A stretch of 64,000 nucleotides of DNA from Deltaproteobacteria bacterium. Its GTDB lineage: Bacteria; Myxococcota_A; Polyangia; Polyangiales; Houyiibacteriaceae. Positions within the stretch are counted from its first letter, which is position 1, and each line of letters starts with the position of its first letter. The position numbers and the translations under genes were made by a program. The DNA is taken from positions 2,235-66,234 of the forward strand of contig JAADHO010000094.1 in NCBI GenBank assembly GCA_013151775.1, given 5' to 3'. Below, one piece after another: positions 9,516 through 18,035 of this stretch. The notes under the pieces were generated by a model that saw only the letters and a list, made by a program, of their open reading frames with translations, made no database searches and was not told where the DNA came from.

Positions 9516-9856
9516 TCTTGCGCCCTGAAGCCATGGGTGGCGCCCTCGAGCGCCGGTTTTTGGTCTCCTCGTCGCCCCGAGAAAACCAGCGGACATCGTG
9601 CCTACATTCATTTCGCCCCGTTTTCGTCGACGCTAGCAGCGTCCATCGAGCTGTCCAAATAAACCATGGCTGGCCCGCTTGGACTTCCCGACGACCGCGC
9701 CGAGAGCCGGATGGCACAAGGGAAGCAGGAGATGGGACGAGATCGGCAGAACACCTGCTGGAAAACGGATCGGATCGCGCATGAGACTCGAACGTGATCC
9801 ATTCGTGTGACGCCGCGTGACGAAGCTGTCGCCGAATCGTCCATGATCTCGATAAG

Positions 9857-9865
9857 TTGTCCACA
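9857..9865 (+). promoter_or_regulatory. DnaA-box-like 9-mer TTGTCCACA
   Basis: One mismatch to the TTATCCACA consensus, located about 280 bp upstream of dnaA. Confidence 0.35.
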
Positions 9866-10062
9866 GGCCCGCGAGCAGCGGGCGCCCCGCGACGCGATCG
9901 CCCAAGATTTACGTTCCAGAAAGCGTCACGATCTTCGGATCTTACAGACTTGCCCCCAAGAGGTCGTAGACGACTTGGGAGGCTGCTGCTAGCTTCGTCT
10001 TCCCTTCGCTGGGGAAGTTCGGTCGGTGTCCCCTACCAGACATCGAGCGACTTCGAAGAGGA

Positions 10063-10093
10063 GTATCCACAGCTGTGTACAGTCTGTGGATTA
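10063..10093. promoter_or_regulatory. Pair of convergent DnaA-box-like sites just upstream of dnaA (probable autoregulatory site)
   Basis: GTATCCACA (10063-10071) and TGTGGATTA (10085-10093, reverse complement TAATCCACA) each have one mismatch to TTATCCACA. Together they form an inverted repeat (ATCCACAG...CTGTGGAT) 48-78 bp upstream of the dnaA ATG at 10141. Confidence 0.5.
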
Positions 10094-10140
10094 CCTCCAA
10101 GGGTTTTTTACGTCCGCATCAGGATTGGGGTTTGGGGTCG

Positions 10141-11487
10141 ATGAACGAAGTCTGGCATCGAGCGCTCACGAATCTTCGCGGGCGGCTCTCGGAAGATATC
10201 TTCGAGTCGTGGATCGAGCCGCTGCGCTGTGACGGCTTCAGCGGTGACGTGCTGAAGCTGCGCATCCCGAATCGATTCTACGGCGAGTGGATCAACACCC
10301 ACTACCGCGACGTGATCCTCGAGGCCCTCGGAGAGGCCGGTGGAGACGAGACGCCGCCCACCTCCATCGAGTGGGAGGTCGACGCCAGCCTGATGCCGAG
10401 ACCCGATCCCACGCCGCTGCGGACCCCGCCTGACCGAGCACGCAGCTCGCGAACCGCGTGCGCCGCGCGGACCGATCTGAACCCCAAGTACCGCTTCGAC
10501 AACTTCGTCGTCGGCCCCTCGAACCAGCTCGCCCATGCCGCGAGCGTGGCCGTCGGCTCTTCTCCGGGGCGACGCTACAACCCACTCTTCATCTATGGCG
10601 GTGTGGGTCTCGGGAAGACGCATCTGATGAACGCCATGGGTCATGAGGTGCTGCGCGCCAAGCCCGACGCACACATCCTCTACCTCTCGGCCGAGCGCTT
10701 CACCAACGAGTTCATCCAGGCTCTACAGAACCGCCGCATCGAGGAATTCCGAGCGCGCTACCGACAGGGCTGCGACCTGCTCTTGATGGACGACATCCAG
10801 TTCCTCGCGGGACGTGACCAGACGCAGGAGGAGTTCTTCCACACCTTCAACGCGCTCTACCATCAGGACAAACAGATCGTCGTCACCTCGGACGTCTACC
10901 CGCAGCGCATCGCGGAGATGGAGGAGCGACTCGTCAGCCGCTTCCAGTCGGGTATGGTCGCCGACATCCAAGCGCCCGAGCTCGAGACACGCATGGCCAT
11001 CCTGCAGCAGAAGGCCGAGAACGAGAACATCGAGCTCGATCAGGACGTGCGACTCTTCATCGCGCAGGCCGTGAAGAGCAACGTCCGTGAGCTCGAGGGC
11101 ACGTTGATCCGGCTGGCGGTCAAGGCCGACCTGCTCGGATGCCCCATCGACCTGGCCATGGCCCAGGAGACGCTGGCGCCCATCCTGCCGTCCGCAGATC
11201 GAGTGACCTCGGTGGAAGATATCCAGCGCGCGGTCTGCCACTACTTCAGTCTTCGCCTGAGCGAGCTCAAGTCCAAGCGCCGGACGCGTACGATCGCCTT
11301 CCCGCGCATGCTCGCCATGTACATCTGCCGTGACCGACTCGGCACCAGCTATCCCGAGCTCGGGCGTGGCTTCGAGAAGGATCACACGACCGTGCTCAGC
11401 GCGGTTCGCAAGATCACGCGCCAGCTCGAGGACGAAGACCCGCAGGTCATGGCCGCGCTGAACGCCATCGAGCGCAAACTCGCCTGA
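10141..11487 (+). CDS. dnaA: Chromosomal replication initiator protein DnaA
   Basis: Domain I start MNEVWHRALTNLRGRLSEDIFESWIEPL. AAA+ Walker A GGVGLGKTHL, box VII, and C-terminal DNA-binding domain (FPRMLAMYICRDRLGTSYPELGRGF.KDHTTV). The tracked ORF start at 10075 would cover the DnaA boxes, so I prefer 10141. Confidence 0.95.
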   Translation: MNEVWHRALTNLRGRLSEDIFESWIEPLRCDGFSGDVLKLRIPNRFYGEWINTHYRDVILEALGEAGGDETPPTSIEWEVDASLMPRPDPTPLRTPPDRARSSRTACAARTDLNPKYRFDNFVVGPSNQLAHAASVAVGSSPGRRYNPLFIYGGVGLGKTHLMNAMGHEVLRAKPDAHILYLSAERFTNEFIQALQNRRIEEFRARYRQGCDLLLMDDIQFLAGRDQTQEEFFHTFNALYHQDKQIVVTSDVYPQRIAEMEERLVSRFQSGMVADIQAPELETRMAILQQKAENENIELDQDVRLFIAQAVKSNVRELEGTLIRLAVKADLLGCPIDLAMAQETLAPILPSADRVTSVEDIQRAVCHYFSLRLSELKSKRRTRTIAFPRMLAMYICRDRLGTSYPELGRGFEKDHTTVLSAVRKITRQLEDEDPQVMAALNAIERKLA

Positions 11488-11970
11488 GCGCTCCGCTGGG
11501 GCCGCTGAGCGGCTTACGTCCGCGCTCCCTTGGCCGCGGTACGGCGCTCAGGTCCATTCCTGGCTCCCTCGCGCCTGCGGGCTGATCTGAACACTTGCGT
11601 CCGCCGGGAGGGCTGCATATACGGAGGCTCGTCTTTTGGAAGCCTTCCGGGAGCGATGTGGGCCTCTCAGAGGCATGTGGAAGAACGCTCGAAGAGGCTG
11701 GGGTAAACGCGTTGGATAACCTCAGGCCTCGGATTTCCCCAAGCTTTCGCCCGATCCATCCAGATGCCAGATATCCGAACTATCCGAGTAAATTCATCAT
11801 CTTCCTGGACCTTATCCAGAATTCACAGGCGTTAAGACGACGACGAATTTAAGATCTCCTGGATCTACTTCTCCCCACCTCGCCTCGCATCTCCTCAGCC
11901 TTCCCTTCACGCAGCACCCACCGTTTCGAGCCAGCCTCCAAAGCGACACGTCAACCCCCATCGAGGTCAC
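11488..11970. other. dnaA-dnaN intergenic region, candidate oriC / unwinding region
   Basis: This is a 483-bp non-coding gap, unusually long for the window. It contains the most AT-rich stretch of the region (about 11770-11860). DnaA-box-like 9-mers are TTATCCAGA (11812-11820) and GTTGGATAA (11711-11719, reverse complement TTATCCAAC), plus weaker ATATCCGAA/CTATCCGAG. Confidence 0.35.
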
Positions 11971-13107
11971 ATGCAGATCACTCTCCAGAAACGAGACTTC
12001 CTTCGAGGTCTCGCCCGCACCCATGGAGTCGCGGATCGCAAGAGTTCCATGCCCATCCTGTCGAACGTGCTGCTCGACGCGAACCCGGATCACGGGCTCC
12101 GGCTCAGCGCGACCGATCTCTACCTCGGCATGAGTTCGGTCGTGCCCGCGGAGGTCATCGTGCCGGGCGTGGTCGCCGTCGCCGCGCGTACCCTCTTCGA
12201 GATCGTGAAGAACCTGCCTGCGGGCGAGGTGAAGTTGAGCGTGGGTGAGAACCAAGCCTGCGAGATTCGCTGCGGCAAGGTCGTCTATCGCATCCCCGGT
12301 ATGCCCGGAGAGGACTTCCCGCCGTTGCCCAACCCCAACGGCGCCGAGTCCGTGCCCGTGCGCGTGGCCATCCTCTCCGAGCTCGTCGCGCTGACCCAAT
12401 ACTCCATGTCCACCGACGACACACGACCGCACCTCGCTGGAGCGCTCTTCGCGGCGGACGACGGCGTCATCCGCATGGTCACGACCGACGGTCACAGGCT
12501 GAGCAAGGCCGAGCATCACCTGCCTCCCGACGCGCCCAAGCCGAGCTTCTCCATGCTCGTGCCCCATCGCGGCGTAGGCGAGCTCAGGCGGCTCCTAGAC
12601 GACGCCAGGGCCGATTCTAAGGCCGGCGGCGAGGCGCCCGTTCTAGACATCGTAGAGACCGGCGGACACGCCTTCTTCAGCTACGCCGGCACCATGCTGA
12701 GCGTGAAGCTCGCCAGCGAGCAGTTTCCTCCCTTCGAGAAGGTGATCCCCCAATCGCAGACCAAGCGCGTCGTCACCGAACGCAGCCGCTTGATCGAGGC
12801 ACTCAAGCGCATCAGCTTGGTCGCCAACGACAAGAGCGGCGGAGTACAACTCAGCCTCGAGCCGGGTGTGCTGAAGATCCAGAGCCAGAATCCGGACGTG
12901 GGCGAGGGCAGCGAAGAGGTCGACGTCGACTACGACGGCGAGGCGTTGAGCATCGGCTTCAACGCGCGCTATATGCTCGACGTGCTCGGTGCGCTCACCC
13001 ATGACGAGGTCGCCTTGGGTCTCAGCGGTGAGCTCGATCCCGGCGTGATCCGCCCGGTCGGCGATGGCGTGGACTTCGCCGGCGTGATCATGCCCATGCG
13101 CATCTGA
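11971..13107 (+). CDS. dnaN: DNA polymerase III beta sliding clamp
   Basis: Canonical DnaN layout and position: MQITLQKRDFLRGL..., three-domain length (378 aa) and C-terminal ...VIMPMRI. Confidence 0.95.
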   Translation: MQITLQKRDFLRGLARTHGVADRKSSMPILSNVLLDANPDHGLRLSATDLYLGMSSVVPAEVIVPGVVAVAARTLFEIVKNLPAGEVKLSVGENQACEIRCGKVVYRIPGMPGEDFPPLPNPNGAESVPVRVAILSELVALTQYSMSTDDTRPHLAGALFAADDGVIRMVTTDGHRLSKAEHHLPPDAPKPSFSMLVPHRGVGELRRLLDDARADSKAGGEAPVLDIVETGGHAFFSYAGTMLSVKLASEQFPPFEKVIPQSQTKRVVTERSRLIEALKRISLVANDKSGGVQLSLEPGVLKIQSQNPDVGEGSEEVDVDYDGEALSIGFNARYMLDVLGALTHDEVALGLSGELDPGVIRPVGDGVDFAGVIMPMRI

Positions 13108-14205
13108 ATGGCCGAGGCCGCGCTCCGCTTCATGCGCCTCTACGCGCGCGGATTCCGCAACCTCGAGCGTCTCGATCTCGAGCCCGGGCCGCGCTTCAAC
13201 GTGCTCTCGGGAGACAACGGCGCTGGCAAGTCGAATCTGCTCGAGGCGCTCTACCTGCTCGGCGTGGGTCGCAGTTTTCGAGGTGCCGCCAAGGCCGACA
13301 TGGTCCGGCTCGACGAGGACGAGGCGACCCTCGAGGCCTTGCTCGACTCGGGCACAGCGCCACGTCGCCTGGGCCTGCGCCTGCCTCGACGGGGCTCGCG
13401 CCGGCTGCTGCTCGACGGCAAGCGTCCGCGCTCGCTCGCGGTCTGGCACGCGGCGGTGCAGGTCGTGCTCTTCCATCCGGGTCACCTCGCGCTCTCCACC
13501 GGCGGCTCGGAGCTCAGGCGTGCCTTCCTCGATCGCATGCTCGAGCAGATGTCACCGAGCTACGCGTCGAACCTCTCGTGCTACACGCGGGCGCTCAAGA
13601 GTCGCAACCGATTGCTCAAGGACGAGACGCCCGACGGTCGTGCGCTCTTGGCCTACGCCGAGATTCTAGCTCGAGAAGGGGCCGAGCTCGTGCGCGAGCG
13701 CGCCACGTTGGTGGAGGAGCTTCATCCGAAAGCGGAGCGCGCCTTCGAGGAGATCTCCGGCGCAGCCACGAAGCTCGAGCTGCGTTATCTGCCGCGGGTC
13801 GAGGGCGGAGAAGAGCAGCTACGCGAGGCCATCGCCGCGAGCCTGAGCGAAGACCTGAGACGCGGCTACACGACGCAAGGTCCACACCTCGACGATGTCA
13901 CCTTCACGGTCAGTCAGGTATCCGCGCGTCACTACGCCTCGCAGGGCCAACACCGCGCCCTCGTGCTCTCCCTCAAGGTCGCCGAGCTCGACACCTTGAC
14001 CAAGCGCGTGGGGCGCACGCCGATCCTGCTCTTGGACGACGTCTCCAGCGAGCTAGACCGCAGCAAGAGTCGCCGTCTCTTCTCGCTCTTGGCGCGCCTC
14101 GGTGGTCAGATCTTCCTGACCACGACGCACCCAGAGTTCATCCTGCTCGACGAACACCGCGTGGACTTCGAGGTGAAGGAGGGACGCGTCACACCAGCTC
14201 GATGA
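13108..14205 (+). CDS. recF: DNA replication and repair protein RecF
   Basis: Its ATG abuts the dnaN stop. It has Walker A GDNGAGKSNLLEA, signature region SQGQHRALVLSLKVAE and Walker B ILLLDDV. Confidence 0.93.
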   Translation: MAEAALRFMRLYARGFRNLERLDLEPGPRFNVLSGDNGAGKSNLLEALYLLGVGRSFRGAAKADMVRLDEDEATLEALLDSGTAPRRLGLRLPRRGSRRLLLDGKRPRSLAVWHAAVQVVLFHPGHLALSTGGSELRRAFLDRMLEQMSPSYASNLSCYTRALKSRNRLLKDETPDGRALLAYAEILAREGAELVRERATLVEELHPKAERAFEEISGAATKLELRYLPRVEGGEEQLREAIAASLSEDLRRGYTTQGPHLDDVTFTVSQVSARHYASQGQHRALVLSLKVAELDTLTKRVGRTPILLLDDVSSELDRSKSRRLFSLLARLGGQIFLTTTHPEFILLDEHRVDFEVKEGRVTPAR

Positions 14206-15490
14206 GCTGGGTGATGGTGTCCTCGAGGCTCGAGCGCTCGAGCTTGCCTTGCTTCAAGAAGGCCTCGATGGCGTCGATGCGTGCCAAGGCGTCGTCGAGC
14301 TTGGCGTCGCTGCCGCGCTTGTAGGCGCCGAGGGAGACGAGGTCGCGTTTGGCCTCGTAGATGGCGAGGTGTTCACGGAGCTTCTGCGCTGCGGCGCGGT
14401 GGGTCTCGTCCGTGACGGCGTCCATCACACGCGAGAGGCTCTGCAGGATGTCGATGGCGGGCCAGCGTCCGCGGGCGCCGAGGTCGCGATCGAGGATCAC
14501 GTGTCCGTCGAGGATACCCCGCACCTCGTCGGCCACGGGCTCGTCCATGTCACCGCCCTCGACGAGCACGGTGTAGAAGGCGGTGATCGATCCCGTGGGC
14601 GCTTGGCCGCTGCGCTCGAGCAGCTTGGGCAGAGCCGCGAAGACGCTCGGCGGATAGCCGCGTCGTGCCGGAGGTTCTCCCGCTGCGAGGCCCACCTCGC
14701 GTCCAGCGCGCGCGAAACGCGTGACGCTGTCCATCATCAGGAGCACGCGCTTGCCGTGATCTCGGAACCACTCCGCGATGGCCGTGGCGGTGTAGGCGCT
14801 CGAGAGGCGCACCAAGGCGGGCGCGTCACTCGTGGCGCAGACGACGACTCCACGCGCGCGACCTTCATCGCCCAACGAGTCTTCGAGAAACTCGCGCACC
14901 TCACGGCCGCGTTCGCCGACCAAGCAGATGACGAAGATGTCGGCCTCGGCTTGTCGGGCGATCTGACCCATGAGCGTGCTCTTGCCCACGCCGCTGCCCG
15001 CGAAGAGGCCCACACGTTGGCCCTCGCCCACGGTCAAGAGGCCGTCCAAGGCGCGCACGCCGAGCACCAGAGGCTTGCTGATGCGCGGCCGCTCCATCGG
15101 GTTCGGGGGCGCGCGCATCACGGCGTAGCGCTCACCTTCGATCTCGGGCCCACCATCGATCGGATGGCCGAGTCCGTCGAGCACGCGCCCGAGGAGCTGC
15201 TCCGAGACGCGGATCGACAGCGGTTCGCCCGTGGGCTCCACGCGATCGTCGGGGCCCACGCCCTCTGCGCTGCCCAAGGGCATGAGCATCGCGTCGTCCT
15301 CGTCGAAGCCCACCACCTCGGCCAAGAGCGGTTCGGCGTCGCGCCGATGAATGCGCGTCATCTCTCCGAGGCGAACACCCGGGATGGCCGCCTTGATGCT
15401 CAGCCCCACGATGGAGCGCACGCGCCCTTGAATCGCTACGGCGTCGGAGCTTCCGAGACGAGAGAGCAGGCTGTCGACGTCGAGGGCCAC
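14189..15490 (-). CDS. FliI/YscN(SctN)-family type III secretion ATPase homologue (orphan)
   Basis: F1/T3SS-ATPase motifs: [15 protein letters not shown] (Walker A), [14 protein letters not shown] (Walker B) and [32 protein letters not shown]. Its 3' end overlaps the recF 3' end by 17 nt (convergent). Confidence 0.9.
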   Translation of the reverse strand: [433 protein letters not shown]

Positions 15491-15515
15491 GCTCGCATCA
15501 TAGTCGCGCGCGCGC

Positions 15516-16607
15516 TCAATCGAAGAGAGATTTGAGCTTGTCGAGGAAACCCTTGCGTTGGGGCATGGTCTCGGTGCCCATCTCCTGCGCGAGCTCCTCG
15601 ATCAGGTGGCGCTGCTTCTTGTTCACCTTCTCGGGGATCTCCACCATCACGGTGACGAGCTGATCGCCCTTACCATAGCCACCGTAGGCGCTGATGCCCT
15701 TGCCGCGCAGGCGAAAGACGCGGCCCGATTGGGATCCCGGCGGCAGCTTCATGCGCACCTTGCCGGCGAGCGTCGGCACCTCGAGCTCGGCTCCGAGCAC
15801 CGCCTCCGGGAAGCTCACGGGCACGGTGCAGAGGATGTCGGCGCCTTCGCGCTCGAAGATCGGATGGGGTTTCACGTGGAGCGTGATGTGCAGATCGCCA
15901 CGTCCGCCCGCCGCGATCTCGCCACCCCCGCTGACCGAGCGCGTGGCGCCGTCCTCGACGCCTGCGGGGATCTTCACGCTCAGGGTTTCCTTCTGCCGTA
16001 CGCTGCCCAGACCTGAGCAGTCGGAGCACGGAGTGTCCGACACCTCGCCGCGTCCACGACAGGCTGTGCACGGACGCGTGCCGCCCAAGAGCCCGCGCTG
16101 AGCGCGCACCGCGCCGCGACCTTTGCAGGCGCCGCAGGTTTGCTTGGTCGCGCCTGGCGCCGCGCCCGAGCCCTCGCAGGCGGAGCAGGGCGTGGGCCGC
16201 TCGATCTCGATGGACTTGTCGGCGCCGAGGGCGGCCTCCGTGAACTCGATATCGAGCTCATACGTGAGGTCACGCCCGCGTCGGCGTCGTCCGCGCCTTC
16301 CGAAGAGATCACCGAAGAGTCCCTCGAGCACCTCCGCCATCGAGCCGAAGTCCGCCTCGCTCACGCCGCCCGCGCCTCGTGATTCGAAGGCCGCGTGCCC
16401 AAAGCGATCGTAGCGCCGTCGCTGCTCCTCGTCGCTGAGGATGGTGTAGGCCTCGGTCGCCTCCTTGAAGCGATCCTCCGCCTCGGGATCGTCCGGGTTG
16501 CGATCCGGGTGATAGCGCATGGCGAGCTGCCGGTAGGCGCCCTTGATCGTGCTGCCGTCGGCGCCGCGTTCGACGCCGAGGATCTCGTAGTAATCGCGAC
16601 GCTGCAT
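15516..16607 (-). CDS. dnaJ: Molecular chaperone DnaJ (type I, with zinc-finger domain)
   Basis: J-domain RDYYEILGV...YHPDRNP, a G/F-rich linker and four CxxCxGxG repeats (CSACEGSG, CGACKGRG, CTACRGRG, CSDCSGLG). The start is taken at the Met preceding QRRDYYEILGV; the tracked ORF extends to 16646. Confidence 0.93.
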   Translation of the reverse strand: MQRRDYYEILGVERGADGSTIKGAYRQLAMRYHPDRNPDDPEAEDRFKEATEAYTILSDEEQRRRYDRFGHAAFESRGAGGVSEADFGSMAEVLEGLFGDLFGRRGRRRRGRDLTYELDIEFTEAALGADKSIEIERPTPCSACEGSGAAPGATKQTCGACKGRGAVRAQRGLLGGTRPCTACRGRGEVSDTPCSDCSGLGSVRQKETLSVKIPAGVEDGATRSVSGGGEIAAGGRGDLHITLHVKPHPIFEREGADILCTVPVSFPEAVLGAELEVPTLAGKVRMKLPPGSQSGRVFRLRGKGISAYGGYGKGDQLVTVMVEIPEKVNKKQRHLIEELAQEMGTETMPQRKGFLDKLKSLFD

Positions 16608-16694
16608 GACGGGGCCGCAGTGTAGGTCTCCCGTCGGCCGCCGCAAGAGGTGGTCGGGCTAGCGGCCGCGGTCCAGACGTGAGACACGCACTTC

Positions 16695-17624
16695 ATGGTC
16701 GAGGATGCGGAGATGCAGTTCGTAGTCGAGGAGCCTGAGGTCGGCTCACGCCTCGATGTCTTCCTCGTGCGTCATCTGCCTGGTCTGGGTCGGGCGGGCG
16801 CTCGGGAGCTGCTGAAGAGCCGCGGCGTGCGCGTGGACGGGCACTGTCTTCCGCGGGGGACGCAGCTGCGCCTGGGTCAATCTGTGGAGATCCTGGGTCG
16901 GGTGCCGGCGAGGCGATTTTCGCCAGCGCCGGCGCCTGAGCTTGCGCTCGCCGTCGTGCATGAGGAGGCGCAGTTCGTGGTGGTGGACAAGCCCGCTGGG
17001 ATGCCCTGTCATCCCCTGCGCCCGGACGAGACGGGCACGCTGGTGGCCGCGTTGCTGGCTCGCTACCCAGAGATCGCGCAGCTCGGCTATGCGCGGCGTG
17101 AGGCGGGGCTGGTGCATCGTCTCGACATCGGCACCTCGGGGCTCGTCGTCTGCGCGCGCACGGCCCACGCCTTCGAGCAGCTCACGCGATCCTTGCGTGC
17201 GGGACGTTGGGACAAGCGCTATCAGGCCGTCGTCTCGGGTCACCCGCCCGTTGGCGCGCGCTACACCTGGCCTCTGGCTGCGGATCCCAAGGACCCCACG
17301 CGCATCTCGGTCGCCGACTCCGACCACGCGGGCGCCTGGCAGGCGGAGACCGAGGTGCTCGCTGTGAAACCCGCTGGATCGTGCGCGTGGGTCGAGGTCC
17401 GCGCCTCGCGGGCGCGGCGCCATCAGGTGCGGGTTCACCTGGCTCACGCGGGTCACGCGCTGGTGGGCGACACGCTCTACGGAGGCCTCGAGGACAGGCT
17501 GGCCCATCACGCATTGCACGCTAGCGCGCTCCGCTTTCCTCACCCGACCCATGGTGCGCCGGTGGATCTCGAAGCGCCGCTCAGCTCTCCGCTGATCGAT
17601 CTGCTGCGGCGTCTTCGGAGCTGA
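16695..17624 (+). CDS. RluA-family RNA pseudouridine synthase
   Basis: S4-like N-terminus (RLDVFLVRHLPGLGRAGARELLK), the catalytic HRLDIGTSGLVVCART motif, and C-terminal RHQVRVHLAHAGHALVGDTLYG. Confidence 0.85.
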   Translation: MVEDAEMQFVVEEPEVGSRLDVFLVRHLPGLGRAGARELLKSRGVRVDGHCLPRGTQLRLGQSVEILGRVPARRFSPAPAPELALAVVHEEAQFVVVDKPAGMPCHPLRPDETGTLVAALLARYPEIAQLGYARREAGLVHRLDIGTSGLVVCARTAHAFEQLTRSLRAGRWDKRYQAVVSGHPPVGARYTWPLAADPKDPTRISVADSDHAGAWQAETEVLAVKPAGSCAWVEVRASRARRHQVRVHLAHAGHALVGDTLYGGLEDRLAHHALHASALRFPHPTHGAPVDLEAPLSSPLIDLLRRLRS

Positions 17625-17949
17625 AGGTCTCGTCGCCTTGCTCGAGGGCCAAGAGCCGTCGATGGCTCTCGCTCATCTCCCAGGTCGATGCATGAATCGT
17701 CGGCAGGTGCGGGTCGCGCAGCTCTCTGAGGCGAGCCAGGAGCAGTGCGCGCTTGGCTCGAGACCGCACCTGCGCCGCCAACACCTCCACGGATTCGGCC
17801 GCCTCGCGCGCGTGTCGTCCGGCGGGATACGCTTGGAGAAATGCCAGCAGACGTGCCGCCATGCCGAAGGGAGACTCCTCCATGGCCTGGCGCGCCTTGG
17901 CGAAGGCGTAGGCCTGATCTTCCACAGTGGGCAGATTCTCGCCGCTCAT
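17581..17949 (-). CDS. Hypothetical protein downstream of norD
   Basis: A 122-aa ORF 86 nt downstream of norD on the same strand, with GC3-rich codon usage. No recognisable motif. Its 3' end overlaps the rluA-family gene by 44 nt, so coding status is uncertain. Confidence 0.35.
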   Translation of the reverse strand: MSGENLPTVEDQAYAFAKARQAMEESPFGMAARLLAFLQAYPAGRHAREAAESVEVLAAQVRSRAKRALLLARLRELRDPHLPTIHASTWEMSESHRRLLALEQGDETFSSEDAAADRSAES

Positions 17950-18035
17950 GCTGTGGATTTACGCAGCCACGGACGAGGATGTTCCTCGAAAAAACATACG
18001 CGAGCCCCTCGGAGATCGCGCGTGCAGGCGGGCCC

